NCBI GenBank assembly: GCA_051294905.1
Contig: CM119371.1
Span: forward strand, 20,338,001-20,402,000
Direction of reading: 5' to 3'
From: Botryllus schlosseri
Lineage: Eukaryota
Length of the DNA: 64,000 bases
Shown: positions 47,043 through 61,859 of the stretch, piece after piece
Layout: each line of letters starts with the position of its first letter
Numbering within the stretch: position 1 is the stretch's first letter
Translations under genes and position numbers: made by a program
Notes under the pieces: generated by a model
Told to the model about the DNA's origin: nothing
The model's database searches: none
What the model saw: only the letters and a program-made list of their open reading frames with translations

Positions 47043-48710
47043 ATCTAGGGGTCAATTGAATTATTAGGCAAAAATGTTCTGGTAGCAATCCAGGCCGATG
47101 CTTTAGTCCATTTTTGTTTGAGGATGTAATCATCCAAGGAAATTTTGGTCAAAACTGCAGGTTGTAACAAGAAAAATAAATATTACATTTACTGTCAGCT
47201 ATACGCCCAATGCCTCATTCTGCTAATCCAGTGCACCTCAACTCCTATATACATGAATCCAAAAATGAGGACTGTCGAAAATTTTGATTAGAATTAAAAT
47301 GAGTTTTTGTACATACTTTGTATATATACGAGCCTTGGCATATCACATTCCATACTTTGCGCAAGAAATAATCTGTTCCAGCACCTCCTCGTTATTAGAA
47401 AGTGCTTTATGGGTCTCACGACAGCTTAGGTATAGGTTTACCTGTAATTGTAGCTGGAATTTCAATTAAATTCAATTTATTACTAAAAATTTCATCATTT
47501 CAATACGCAACAAGACTGCGATACAATGAAAGATAGGAAGGTGTCGAAACGACTTCGAGCAGTCTCTAAAATCATGCGTTCACCTGGCCTACGCGTTGTA
47601 GAATAGGAGGAATGCACACTGACTGAAAAGTAAAAGATATTATAAACGGAAAGGTGACATGTATCGTGCTTTTCGATCACTCACTGCCCTATCATGTGGT
47701 GTGTACGCCACGGGAGTCCCTTTCATTTATGATGTCATAAAATCTCGACGCAAAAGCATAATTTTAGAATAGTATGAAACACAGATACCAGAGGGAAACG
47801 ATCGGAGTTCTATAGTTGTTGAAAACAAGTTAAAATAAGGACGCAAGTCGAAAATAACGACATTTCTTTTAAATAAGGCCAGTTGAGTTTTCTAAGACCT
47901 TGCCCTTCAAAATAAGGACAAATCTTATAAATAAGGACGCTACAGCAACCCTGCCTATACGTTTGTATATTTCGATCAAGATGATGATCTTAGAGATAGC
48001 TGGCGTAATGATGAAGATTTAGAAATTGACGCGTCATCAACGCAAGTTAATGATCTGACAAAGGCTTTGGGACTTGGAATAGAAATATTTGGAACTTTTA
48101 CCATCCTAACGAAGTGAGAAAAGATGACGTGGCAAGGTAGAAAATGTATCTCACTTTCGATCAGGAAAAACAGCATTTTTATCGTAGTTTTGCATAATTG
48201 GCATGATACTGATAGCATGGGCTAGTGGAGGTATCTGAAATTCTGACTTACAACGAACGTGAATGGCAAATGTCCATTGACAGCTCAAAAATGATCCCAA
48301 ATTGTAGCATTCTTCGAAATGGCAACCTTCACGGTGCAGTAACAATTGCACACTCACTTTGTCCTCGTGAGAAATATAGAAACATTGAATTGTTGCAATA
48401 TCACAAGCTCCATTGGATCATTTGTGAAGACTGAAATATAGTGTTTTCTGTGTGGTCAGACACCCTGGATACGCATGTAGCCTAATTAGGGTATCATTTA
48501 AAACAAACAGTGTTTTTAACAAATGCCTTTTTACATTTTTTTTTTCAAACATTGTATCATCATGCCATAATTGTTTTATTACTTCCGGAAAAGATGTAGA
48601 ATGAGCCTACGGGCGATTTGCACCCAATATGGTCGACGTATACAATATATGGAGTGACTGGATCCCTCGAAACCGTCGTTGGTTCGACAGTTATAGCAAG
48701 TTGATATAAT

Positions 48711-49217
48711 TAGGGCTGGGCAAAATCGAGTACCTGAGTGATTCGATTCTGAATCACGCAATATACTTCGAGTCGAGTCGAGTAATCGAGTATCACTCAT
48801 TATGACGTCATAACGGAGTGTAATACGTTAATGTTCAAATAGGTACCGTTTATGCCACCACAAAGAATATAATGCCTGTTATCCATCTCATAAAAGATAC
48901 TTTGTAAGTTTTCGACCATACCGATTTCATTCCACTCGGTGACAATGTTGTGGGATCATCATGACTTCGGAAATGTGTTACGTCCAGTAACATTCGTAGC
49001 TCTGTACTATATGTTTCGTATGCTACAATAACGCCAAGCAAGGTTTCAAGGCTTCAACGGTGAAAATTAGTATCGAAACTATAATTATCGTTGATAAATT
49101 AACTTTCACTGGTGAGAAGCGTATAATTTCAGTACTCGAAAAAATCGTCTTTTACTACTCGACTCGAATCATTAAAATTAATACTCGAGAGTACTCGAAT
49201 CATTGTGCCCAGCCCTA
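48711..49217. mobile_element. MITE with TAGGGCTGGGCA termini
   Basis: TAGGGCTGGGCA.../...TGCCCAGCCCTA; subterminal TCGAGT/ACTCGA repeats. Confidence 0.75.
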
Positions 49218-49749
49218 AAAATAATTAGTACGAAATGAGTGTTATGATAATGATGACCTTCGACCGTAAAAATGCTGCATAACGATGTGGTCCTGGTCAA
49301 AGAAATTTTTGGTCTGTTTGTGACGGTGGTCGGAAGCCCTTTTCGTCGAAGGAGCCGTGTTTACCTAATATTTTCAATTGACAATGCCAATCCAATGTGA
49401 TGTCACAATTAAATATTCCTGACGTCATGGCTGAAAAAAAGCAAAAAACAATAAAAAAAAACATGTTTTATAGAAGAAACGTGTTTGAAACATGTTCGTT
49501 TTAATTTTAAATGCAACCCTACATGTTCTAATGTTTTATTTGTATGTGGGACAGCAGACATCGAAAACAGCACTAGGTCTAGAGGACCTATAGCCTCCGA
49601 GATTATACCTTGAATCTGTTGATCGCAATATTTTACCAGAGCCCATAGTTGAAAGAAAATAAATATTTTCCATCCCGATGCCTAAAGTTTGGCCAAAGGA
49701 AAATATCCAGTAAAGAGTTGTCAATTGGGAGCAAGTGTTCCGTCTATAA

Positions 49750-52276
49750 CAGGGGTGGCCAACCTTTTTTCTACTCACGGCCGCATTTCGATTAGTCATG
49801 AAGCCTACGGCCGCATTCCAGGTAATAGTTCGTCATGAACAAACTGGACGCCAAATACCCATTTTAAACTGCACCATGTCCATTTTCGGTGAGCTAATGT
49901 AGTTATTGATATCGTTTAACTATACGCACAGAGATCGCGAGTGGCCATGTTATGAATAGATCCTTGGATTCGCCATGATCGTTCTCAGATTCACGAATGA
50001 ATTTCGTCATTTATATTAGTAGTTTCCCATATTCCGATCAAACATTTATCCTTTCTAAGCCCATGTGATCAGATTTCTCGGCAGTGTTGAGGGAGAGTGT
50101 GTTTTGAAAACTTAGGGCAAGTTATAAATGATAATGCATCTTCGGATAGGCCAGTTGTAGTTAGTTACTTTGCTGCATGCTGTTATTTCTTGACCTCCCA
50201 TCCAGACTTGCACAACTAGAAAATTCTAGTTGTATAATTTCACTAAATTAGAGCGAAATGCCAGTTATCTAATTCTAATCTAAATTGTGAGATGTTTCTA
50301 TGCTCTAATTCTAATTCTAATCTAATTTGTCAAATGTTCCTATGCTATAATTTTAGTTCTGATCTAATTTGTTGTTTTCCTGAAAATCCCTCTTTGTCCG
50401 CGGCATTTTGCAGCGAGTTAACAAGAATATCCGTCTCACACCGGGAAATCCAGGGCCAAGCAGCCAACGCATTATTTACATACATCGTATATAGTTATTG
50501 TGACGAATAATAGCCATGCTGGTATAATAGCGTGTCGTCTATGAACAACATTCTAGTTTCGATCACAAACATAACAGCAGCGAAGAAAGAGAGATAGTTA
50601 GCACATGCTTGTTCACTTTCATACCCGTAACCACATCAAGACAAAAGATCGCTTTAGATCTAACCAATGAAAATATATTAGGGAATGAAGTGCAAAGAGA
50701 TCGAAGCAGAGCGTTAGAGCATGGACTGCGATGTTTTGAGTTACTGGAAAGGAGAAAACCGTTTTCCTCATGTTAAGGCATCTGCTCAAGAACTTGTAGG
50801 CATGACTGCAACATAATATCCACCGGAACGAATTTTCAGCCATGCCGGAGAACTGCAGGGGTCGCCAACTCAAAACGGGTCGCGGGCCACTTTCAAAATT
50901 TCGTAGAGGCCGCGGGCCGCACTCATGCAATATTGAGAAGAAAAAAATAGCCAACCATGCTACTAAACTTTGCGTTAGTACAACGCCGTGCTCGCTAACA
51001 TGGGCGATTGGCATGGTTACCACAAAAGGAGTAATGTTATATTAATGAAGTACATATAAAACACGAAATATCACGATCATTAACTTGATTTAAATTTTAA
51101 ATATGAGCTGCGCACGGTACCTGGTCAGACTTTTCAGTGACTAACGAATCGATATTAGGGATAGGCAGACATGTTACTATATCTGAAAGACTATCTCATC
51201 CTAAAAATTGATCTTGTAGGAAATCCCTAGCCCGTTTTCTGAACGTCACTGTCTCGGTAGTGTCTGGGCCATTGTACGTCAAAGCAATATGCGCATATCA
51301 GCTTACTCTTTATATATGTATCCATGGCCGAAGTCTTTTCAGCTAGTGAGGAATCGTGTTGTTGGGTACACGCAAAGAGCTTATTTTGAAACAATTACAC
51401 TAATTTGACACTGAAATCGATTTCAGATTTCAAAATGCTTCATCGCATTCTTCCAAAATCACAAACCAGATCGTCGGTCGCATGTGGCTGCATGTAGGTG
51501 ACCCCAGGTATAGTGCAAAACGAGACAAGCTTGATGTACAGACGTTAACTATTCTCATGCTTATAGGAATGCACTGTGGCTTGATATGAACTGAGCTTGA
51601 TTTTTGCCGTATTTATTTTTCATTCACAATTTCATTCAGTTTCCAAGTTTTTGGAAATTCGGAAATTTTAATTCTAATTCTAATCTAATTTGGAAAAACT
51701 GTGTATCTCTAATTCTAATTCTAATTTAATTTGGAAAAAGCTGTGTAGCTCTAATTCTAATTCTAATCTAATTTGGAAAAATTGTGTAGCTCTAATTCTA
51801 ATTCTAATCTAATTTGGAAAAATTGTGTAGCTCTAATTCTAATTCTAATCTAATTTTGAAAAACTGTGTAGCTCTAATTCTAATTCTAATCTAATTTGGA
51901 AAAGCTGAAAATCTTCTAGTTGTCCAAGTCTGCTCCCATGAGGTTTGTCGGTATGGTGGAAAAATATTGAAATCGCCCAAACGCAACAGAAACAAATTTC
52001 TTTCGTGCGGAAGACACGATTCCGGGTTGGCATTTCTAAATGGGGCCAATTATTTTTCTCTGCTGGTCACATCTGTACTCCGGTGCTCAGATTGCAAAGG
52101 ACGCTACTACTTCAACGTCGAAAAAAGGAGACGCATTGAAATTTCAAGGTTGATTAAAATATCTAAAAATTAGGGAGTCGATTCCTAAGTTGTATTTTCA
52201 TGCCAACACATACTAATTGAATACGTTTCCACGGCCGCACAAATTTCCCTCTACGGCCGCAGGTTGGCCACCCTTG
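49750..52276. mobile_element. hAT non-autonomous element (family of 42478-43269, opposite orientation) with a nested hAT-like element from 50856
   Basis: CAGGGGTGGCCAACC/GGTTGGCCACCCTTG; TSD GTCTATAA/GTCCATAC. Subterminal sequence is the reverse complement of 43190-43260. Confidence 0.75.
51665..51905 (+). repeat. 41-bp minisatellite, ~6 units
   Basis: CTCTAATTCTAATTCTAATCTAATTTGGAAAAATTGTGTAG repeated; related units at ~50268-50370. Confidence 0.9.
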
Positions 52277-53689
52277 GTCCATACCATCACTTTGACTTTT
52301 GTTGACCTATCGTTACAAAATTTATGGCTGGTGAATTTGTTGGTTCATATATTGTGCAACTCATCAAGGATTAGCGTTTCAGTGGGTCAATCTCCGATTT
52401 CGAAGGAATGCTTGGTTGTCATTTGAAAATGTTGTCATGAGATTACTTGGGATAACACGGATTTGGGATTGCATCAAAATTGCTCAGAAGCTATATTAAA
52501 AGCTTCAGCGAACTCATCTGCTACATATGCAAGCATCAAAATACAAAGTATTTCGCCAAAGCCATCTCGCTAATTTCTCGGAAAACGTTGGCGTAGTCAG
52601 CGATAAGCAAGGAGAAAGTTTCCACCAATATCTGAAGATGATGGGGGAAAGATACCAGAGTATATTGGACCTTGAATATGTTAGCAGGCTATATTGCTGG
52701 AGTATCAAGCGAGACAACCCTCTCAGTTAAGAGTCATTAGCATAAATCGGTACCCTAAAATTCGCACTTTATTCGTTCTTCAGACGCAATGTCAGTTGCA
52801 CCATTTTCCTTCCAGCTCTCCCTTTCGAAAATCAAGGTTATCATAACAACCGTCAGGTACGGGCTCATACCATCTGGGTAAATAATTTTACCATTAATGT
52901 ATTCCAAACAAAGCAATCCTTATGATACAACTTTCATGTAAGGTTGCGGGTCACGCCACTAAACAGTACCATCCTTTATGATACGATGAAGAAATAATCT
53001 GAAGATTTAATTTTGTAGCTCTCGAATACAAATATATTTGGTTAATCATTTTGACCAAAAAGCTCCAAAGCATCTTTAATGTACAACGGGCGTCGCTATC
53101 GCTCATAACAGTGGTACAGTGCCACTTCATTCGACTTCGACATGCTGTTCGCTGAGAGAAAAAATACCTAGTTCGAAACATATTGCTGTAAATAACCCGC
53201 GGTAGCGTGGTGGTAGTATTTTAACGGAAATTGGCGATCTAAATGTACGCACAATTCATTTTACATCTATCATAATAAACCACTGCATACATGGAAACAT
53301 ATTGCAAACATGGCCGGCATATATTTCGCGCGCAGTGCGACGAAAAATTTCGAGATTACACATATTTGGTCAAATGTTAATTTGCAATGAGAACTCAGAG
53401 ATATACACAACTGTTGTTGCACGATGTCCCTGCTGGACCCTCTACTGCGACGCCATTTTTCTTCAGCGCATCCCATATATACCATGAGCCTAGCGCCCCC
53501 CACTTTGCCCCCCATTTCATCTCCTGAGCGTTTCCACCCCGTTCAATCTTCAAAACGCCCTTTGGGGCAATTTGGGGCAAAAATTGTGTTGCCCGGTGAT
53601 AATTGACTATGGGGGTTACCCATGTGGTGCTCAGTTATACAATCAATACAACCTTGACTTGAAATCTTCGTCATAAAGCAGTTTGTCAT

Positions 53690-53900
53690 ACCTGGAAAGT
53701 GGACTTTTGCACAGCTGAAATATATTGTCTCATGTACCAATTGGTCCTTATACCAAGATGGAAGAGAAATATAAAGCCAACTAATTTGTTCTACATTACT
53801 CGTATGCGTCTCATATCTGCTGATTTATTGATTGATTTTTGCTGAGCCAAGAAAATGCGGATATACCAAACATCCCTATCGGACGAGAAGCTTAAAGCCG
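53690..53900 (+). pseudogene. Chapaev-like transposase fragment
   Basis: Paralogous to 61400-61640; contains CGYTKHPY. Confidence 0.4.
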
Positions 53901-54639
53901 GCATCTTTTATGGTTCTCATATTAGAATACAGGGGACGCAGACTAGATGACCTCACGGCCGTATCGCAACTCCGTCGTCAAAGGATCTCGGTGGTCCAGG
54001 CGAAAAAGAATATCATATCTCCCTCTCTTTTAAAAAAATCACAAATTATCCAACTACTTGGTTGATTGATTGATTTATCGGATTTTCTCAGACGATTCTC
54101 AAGTTAAAATTAGGATATTCAATAGTTTTCAGCAGACTTTGAAATGAGTGAATGAGTGAGCTGATCTGTACATTTTGCATGATGATTATGCATTTCCCTG
54201 TTGACATGGACATGATTCTGAAAGATTCAGACCATTGCTGAACGTTTTATTTTCGAGTTGATATTTATTTCATAATATACTGGAAACTGAATCCCACGAG
54301 GTTGGACAGTAAAGGCTACGAGCTATAAACGTATCAGCAACTCTTAGATAAGGAGTTTAGAATTACGATGCGCGCATGTCGGTAATCAGGACTTCAATTG
54401 CCTCACCCAAAACTAGCAACTTATGACGTCAGTCAATTTCTTCCCTGGATACATCAAAATTCGTGACCATGTACTATATTCGGAAAACACCTAGTTTGAA
54501 GAAGTCAGGTCAAAATATTGTTTTTAAGCACACAAAATGTCAAAATTTTGATTTTATAGGCCAGAATCTTCCGATTTTTTGGTAAAAAAATCGCCCCAGT
54601 AATCACCAACCAGTGGAGCCCATCTCGAACTCTATCGCT

Positions 54640-57330
54640 CACACAAAATGTTACATAGCAGGTGGCAGGCAACAACCCTCGCATAAACGATGGCATTGGA
54701 GCAGAAGAGAGAACTCGGACTTGCAACGTGTGCCCTGTGCATCTATACTGGCCATTGCAAACTTAACCATCTTTTGCATAGACTCGGTTTACACGAAGGT
54801 GATATCTGTGCGGAATACAGTGTTAGGGAAACGGTCAATCATTTAGTTTTGTTCTATAGAAGATATTTTGCAGAGCGGCTTCATCTGAGCAGATACGCAC
54901 AGTAGTTTCGAACGTCAAGTACAATGCCTTCACTCCTATTTGATCGGGAACGGTCCAGCATATACTTGGTTTTGTCATATTGACTGAACATATTACTTAT
55001 GAATTACTGGCCAAGCAATCACACACGTTATTTGTGCACAAAGTCATAGCAGCTAAGCACCATTCGTCATAAATACCCCCCGCCCCCTCCGCATATTTCG
55101 AATCATACATTTCTCATCAATACGCTACAATGGATCGTCACAGCACGTATTTGTTGATAACAGTTTTCCCCATTCCAAGTTTCAAATGAGCATCTTGCAT
55201 GACTATGCCTCTAGGGCGGCTTAGTGCTCCTAGTTCTGCCTATATGACACTGTCGACGGACGATTAAAGTCGCAAAAACACATGGTTAAAGCTTTGCATT
55301 GAAAATGTCGCAGAATTCTCCGCATGAACTGTCAAATCGACATATATTCGGTGATATGGTTAGGCCTATTCCACATGTAAAATACGACTTTCGATTTTGA
55401 AATGACATGGTGCAAAAAACCATTTGCAGTTATACGCACGATTTCTAATTATACATACATACGTACGGATATACGACCGGATCTTGTACCAACTGGACGA
55501 TGTAAATTCAGCTTAGAGCTGATCTAACGTAACAACACTCAGAGGTAATATTATAGAAGATGCAGCAGCCAACGTAAATATTAATAAAAATTACTAACTT
55601 CTTGCCAGCTTAAGAAAGGATATCTAGCATACTGTATGATCCCAATATCACTATTGTAACTTAAACAATCAGAGGTGGTCATACAAAAATACTTCTACGG
55701 AAGTATTCCAAGTAGATTTCACCTCCTTGAACTACTTGGTCACGTGGTCACGATCTCATACTACTTATACTTGTATTTTGCAGTGTTTTGTTTATTCATG
55801 CAACCCAGTCCTAGAATACTTGGAATAACTACTACTTCTTGTTCCGTATCAGAAATTTACAACATTAAGTCTACTTCTACTTGCGTATGGATGATGGCCA
55901 TTCTTTGACCACCTCTTCACCACATTGGCATAGGCGACCTAAACGCCATCACGATTCCCACCTGATAATTAACAGTTCATTAAACCGTTCATCATTTCAG
56001 CACAACAACATAATGATGTATTTCTATTATTCATCGTTATCATATAAGGCGTGCTATTCCTACAGGCCTAGTAACAATGCTTTTCATTTTTCTGCATCAA
56101 CATCACAGCCTTTTGCCACAGTATCCCGTCTAAGGCTTATCACAACGTCTGGAATGTATTTCCCATCATGGATACATGTATTTATAGCAGAGAAAATTAC
56201 ACAATATGCACTTCGAGAGAGCAGCGTCAAATTGTTTTAAAAAAATTGATTTTGTTTGACTGCACGACCAGAACTATATCTGTATTTTCATACTCACTCA
56301 GCAATAAATTCAACTGCCTTATCATATATTTGCACTTAAATGTCGACATTGAAAGCGATTGTGTTGGTATTATTTTCTTACCCTGCCGTATGCCTTCTGA
56401 TGGATGACATTATATAGTTGATATGAACCAGTGGCATGGAACTTCTCCAGCCGGCGTGTATGATTTGGAAAATAAGCTACTTGGAGGGCCGGATTACTGA
56501 ATAGATACATTAATCACGTAATTATCCATCAATACAAGGGATAAATCAAATTTAATGTCAACTTTAAGTTTAAACCATATATAGACCAATATAGTATTTA
56601 CTGGCTTCAACAACGTAATGTACTTCAACATCTGTTGATGTCAATGAGACATATGTGGTCGATCTAAATTGTCAACAAGTTTTTTGAACACTGGCTGCAT
56701 GTATGATGAAAAGAAATGGAAGCCACCTTTGTGACGGAACATCACATACTTTTCACGTGACTAAAAACCGAAAACAAAGAATCAATGAACACAAACAACA
56801 TAAAGAATCAACGAATCAACTCCTTCGATGACTATAATTGGACGTAGTAAGCAAGAATTGGGAGATATCGGCAGACTGTGATGTTACAAAAATATCGTCT
56901 GCTATGGCCGATCGAACTTTGTCACGGATCGCGCATGATGGCTCTTTCCTCACAATCTGAGTCTCACGGCGAAAATGCGACCAGCAGATGGAAATAATGT
57001 CCCCCGAGAATAAACGCAAATTGGGAATCCCGCACGGCCCACCAGAGAAGTTTCTCTATTACTTGGTTGTGCTATGTGTAAGCGATCTTTGGATCTGCGA
57101 CATCTATATTTGTAGGACTCGAAATAACAGAATGATTAAACTATGGTGTTAATGACAATTGGTCCGCCCGAAGCTCGGCCTCGAGAAATCTATAAATGGT
57201 CTCACCACGTGGCATGAACAATAATCATAATAAATATCTCAAGATGTGAAATTACGTGCCCACCGCTTCTACCAGTTCTGGCGGTATATCTGATAATAAT
57301 AAAGTATATACGTCATGCAAGTAACACCAC
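54640..57330 (-). pseudogene. Decayed RNase H-bearing LINE, copy B; 3' segment (54640-55090) inverted
   Basis: + strand 54690-54905 TGHCKLNHLLHRLG...ETVNHLVLFYRRYFAER is typical of LINE ORF2 C-terminal zinc-finger regions. Minus strand has frameshifted RT-like (D..K...D..W; LGIL) and RNase H-like (SVI*AELGAL, ~55220-55255) motifs. Confidence 0.55.
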
Positions 57331-59239
57331 CTACATCATTGGCACTGCAATTTTTTTCATTCGCACAAGTGCGAACCGTCAACGGGTTGAAAAACACTGT
57401 TATGGACAAATGGACTGAAACCTGAATATTCACAGAAACGAAAACGCCAATACGAAACCGTTATATGCAGCATATTTAGAGAATATATTCGTTACACATA
57501 AGTATAAATCCAATATATGTGGTTGCACTGCTGTATCACTTCTGACTCAAAAGGTCACCGGCCCCCAGAGAAACCAGAATCGCGATTTAATAATATATTA
57601 CGGTATTCAAATGTCTAATCGCCGTGTTTCTCATGGCAAATCTGCTGTTTGCGATACAGGTGTTGCTGTAATTGAACCAGGTTTGTAATATAAAGTAATA
57701 TTCTAATATATGCTTGATTATTAAGTATTTAATGAAAATCAAGGGTACGGATTTTGAGGTAACATTTTGGTCCGGGCCGCGAGAGATCTTCAGGTTTGAA
57801 TCCGTCCCGCGACGCATGTTGAGTTTGACATCCCCGACCTCGACCGAAAGATCTCTAAGTTGAATGACAATGCGCGAAAATTCGTAGGGCCTTAATGCAT
57901 TCTGTGGACCCAGTTCTACACATACAAGTCAAGGAAAGGCTGGTAATTTGTGTGCTCGCTACTACCAAAGCGCCTGTAGAAACTATCACCAGCGCAACGT
58001 TTCTCGGTGACGTGATTGCACTTCGAAACGCAAAATCATTGCCCATTGCCGCAATGCCAGCTGTGCACTCACTCTCGCCGCGCAACCATCATTTGATCCT
58101 GACCTACGCTTTCGTTTTGCCAGATAGCATTTCCGCGTCACTATGCCACTTTCCACAACAATGAAAAATTCGAGGCTGATTGTTTCGGTTCCAAGGCCAC
58201 GAGCGAAATAAAATTTATATTTTCGTAATCAGTACAGCGGCAGCTTTCGATTGATACCCGTTTTATCAAATTTGATGCTCGGCAAGTTGGCCAAAAATTA
58301 CCGTCAAATCGCCTTCAGGCAAATGGAAAGTGTGACGTGGACCAATTTCACTGAGCCGAGAGATTTGCTTGTGTCGACACATATATGACACTATGGTTTC
58401 ATTATCAAATGTTTAATTCGATACTTACATCGTGCATTCGCTCTGGTGTAATCTACACGAAAGGACAGAAAATTATGGACTAAATACAATAAACAATTTA
58501 AAACTTTTCGTGTACCACTTCAATACGTCTCGCATACACGTATCAGAGTTTGAGTATCACTGCCAAAATAGTAACGAGATGCAGCCTGGAATGCTGACAA
58601 CTTATTCTTCTTTAGTGATTGATATTGTTATGGCTGTCCGATATTGGTGGTTCTACATTGTAACTTTTATTTGTATACTTTTAGTTGATGAATGATATTG
58701 TCCCAATTGCCCCAGACTGATGCGATAGGGCATTGTTCCAGGCATAGAACAATCGTAATACTTTTGAGACAATGTTTAAACCAAATTATTATATGATCAA
58801 TTGAATTTCATTTTTGTTCCTATATTACTTATTCCAATATCGTTTCTTCAATAAAATTGAATTTCCTTGGAATACCAATATTTCGATGAAAATGTGAGCA
58901 TGGTTACAATTCACCCAGCTTCCTATTATGACATATGTGCAATGAACCTTTCTCTAATATGAGGGAATATTCATTTGAAAATATTTCTCAGAGATCTGGA
59001 AATCTACTGGATAAAACAAGCATTTTTTTTACTTACTCAGCATTGCATCGCGGGTCGGGTCCATTGCAGCGTGGGGATGGCGCTCTATACCATTTTACCG
59101 TCTAATTTCATTTCAATACCTTCGATTTACTACTTTTATATTAAATGCATCCAAACATTTCCCGAGTCGAGAAGTAGTATGAAACATGTAGGCCGTGACC
59201 ATATTCGTATATTTTGCGGAACTTTTTATCTTCGCATTT

Positions 59240-60750
59240 TCCATTGTATGTCTTGAGAGGACAGAAAGACTACTACATTTGGTTTATGCCCGATGATTTC
59301 TCCAATATAAATCAAGTGAAAATCTCATGACCGTAAAAGCACCTGCTTGCAAAACAGATGATTTCAGTTGCGGGTTGCTAATGTAATATAACTGTTGTTG
59401 TCCGGTCATTCAAATCGGAAACCAGAGAGGTCATCACTCGGCGCTTAGCGGGACCATATCAAACTAGGCTTACGCCCTACGAAAACACATCATTTTACAC
59501 AGTTTATAATCGGGATCATTTTATTTTACAGCAAGCAATTTCACATAAAACATTTTAGCATAGACGTGTAAAACTGTTTGGAGAATGGCACTGCGAAATG
59601 AAGTTCCAAACCACTATTTTACAGGTGGCAGCAATGTGTAATCGCATCGTATAGAATGGATTCCAGACTCAATACTATTTTGCAAAGAATGGCCATGTAA
59701 CTTCGATATACGTAGTGATTATCCGATGAGCCAGAGAGACACAAGGTGAGGATGTTGTATTTAAAGTAAAAATAATATGTGGTAAACAAGGAATTTACAA
59801 ACAAGGAAAGATGCGAAAACCTAATCCAGCGTATAGGCCTACCCCTACATATATATCGGGAACATGTAAAAATTACAGTACACTGCAGCTTACGTATAAT
59901 ATCTATACATAACTATTGAAAACAATACAAAAGCTCTGCAGCATCATATACCACAGCTGGTCATGCTCAAGAATGAGATACGTCCACTCCATCAGAATTC
60001 TCAAGTATGTTTTACCACTTGCATTGCTTACTCAAATGATTTTGTTTTAGACTAGTTCCACTTTCACATCAATAGTGTTTCTTAAGCTGAAGTAAACTAC
60101 ATTTCAATTCTTCAATGTGGGCAAAAAGAAACCAGAACGTGGGGGTACGTGAACAACTGATCGATCACGATAACGCAGTACCAATTTGAAAAGTTTTTCC
60201 TATAAAAGGCGCCGTCATTCATTCATCATCAGTAACAAAAATATATCATGACAGTTCCAGAGGTTCCTCCAGCGACTGACAGAGACGACTTTCCACTGAT
60301 TCACACAAATCTACATTTCAAATTACTCAATTTTCAATTAGTTTATACTTTTATAACCTGTCGACTTATACTACCACCTCATGTAGTTTTTGCTTCGCGC
60401 CAAATCTACTAGTATTCTATCACTAACAATGTGACATTAATTTCTACTCCTTCATGCATGACAGTTGAATCTGCTGCATGTTAGAAGTTACTATGAAAAT
60501 ATCTTCACAATTCTTATCACTATACAAACCGATGATACAGCAAAATTAAAACAGTCGATACTAATATGATAAGTTCTGCCCTCTTCCCTTTCCCCAAAAC
60601 CTATATGTACATTGAAGATGTCCCTGACACTGCACCGAAGCTCAAAGTGATCCACAAATACCGAATCTTGTCAAATTGGTCATTTACTCTTGCAAAAGCG
60701 TGATCTTTGATACACGATTCCACCAAGATATCTGAAAAAGGCCAGAGCGA
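59240..60750. repeat. Duplicated block Y (copy B)
   Basis: Colinear with 41870-44230 and lacks the MITE present there. Confidence 0.8.
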
Positions 60751-61399
60751 CATTTAGCTTAGACGAGGGGTTCTCGAACTGTGAGCGGTGGCCCACTAGT
60801 GGGCTACATGAGCATTGAACATTTTGATGTTGGCCACAGACATTTAGACACAGACACAGCCATTTGGAAAATTGTAGAAATAGTGAATGTTTAGTTATTT
60901 TGGAGTTATTCGTTTAAAAATGTATTTATATTATCGAACTATATGTAGATAACATAAAGCATATTTTTTTTAGCTGATTCCAATAATATGAATAAAAATA
61001 TGGTCACGCTCCAGTCTTGACGTAAAATCACCCTCAACATCTGAAATGTGCATTGTTCAGAACAATCGGATAACCGCGACACAATGGCCATAACAATGAC
61101 CCGTTGCGACTCTCCGATTGTTCGAACAATGCCGACATTTCAGACTTGGAGGACAGATTCTAAGTGGATCAATGCCAGATCAATATTTTAATGTATATTT
61201 TCGGAATCTGTGAAACAGTAGCTTTCGATCAAGACCAGATTCAGTAAATTCTGCGATCTGGAAGATAGCTTTTGGATTGCCAGAAATCCTACAGTCGCTT
61301 ACGCAAAACAATTCTCTACTCCAGCCTTAGCGAAGCGGAACAAAGCTGCTAATTCGGTCGTTGCCGTTCCATGTTTACATTCTAAAGATATACAATCAA

Positions 61400-61640
61400 T
61401 ATGAGCTTGACTAGAAATCTTGGTGAAAAAGCAGTCTGTCAATTTTTTTTGCTCGACGGAGATATATTGTCTCCTGTACCAATTGGTCATTCTACCATGA
61501 TGGGAGAGAAATACGAAGCAATCAAATTTGTTCTTGATATGCTCAACTACAATACTCGCATGCGTCCAACTGAACCAACAAGGTGCGGATGCACCAAACA
61601 TCCCTATCGAACGAGACGCTTTAGCTTGTATATTTATGGA
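61400..61640 (+). pseudogene. Chapaev-like transposase fragment
   Basis: SPVPIGHSTMMGEKYEAIKFVLDMLNY...CGCTKHPY resembles the family segment PIAHS..LKE.YE....L..I.Y...GYTK.PC. Confidence 0.5.
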
Positions 61641-61859
61641 CCTCATATTCGAATATAGATGAAAAATACTAATTTCACATGAAAAAAGGAGCTTACCGCG
61701 TGGATTTCCTGTGGTGAAATGGACTTAAAAACACATATTTCCTAGCTACTAGGACGGAGCATAGACCGAAGCCGGATAGGATGAGCCGGATTTTCTCAGA
61801 CTATTCTCAAGGTAAAATTAGTCTATTCATAGCTCATCCAATGATCTACCGGTACGTAG

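Larger units (their letters stand above)
47980..52730 (+). pseudogene. Fragmented Chapaev-like (CMC superfamily) transposase remnant interrupted by later insertions
   Basis: In order: EWQMSIDSSK...LRNGN...IAHS...EKY...HWIICED (48225-48434); NILPEPIVERK (~49628); SHLANFSENVGVVSDKQGESFHQYLKMMGERYQ...YCWSIKRD (52527-52730). These match the recalled family consensus WRLFIDSSK...SDEQGERFHQ. Family name is from memory. Confidence 0.6.
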
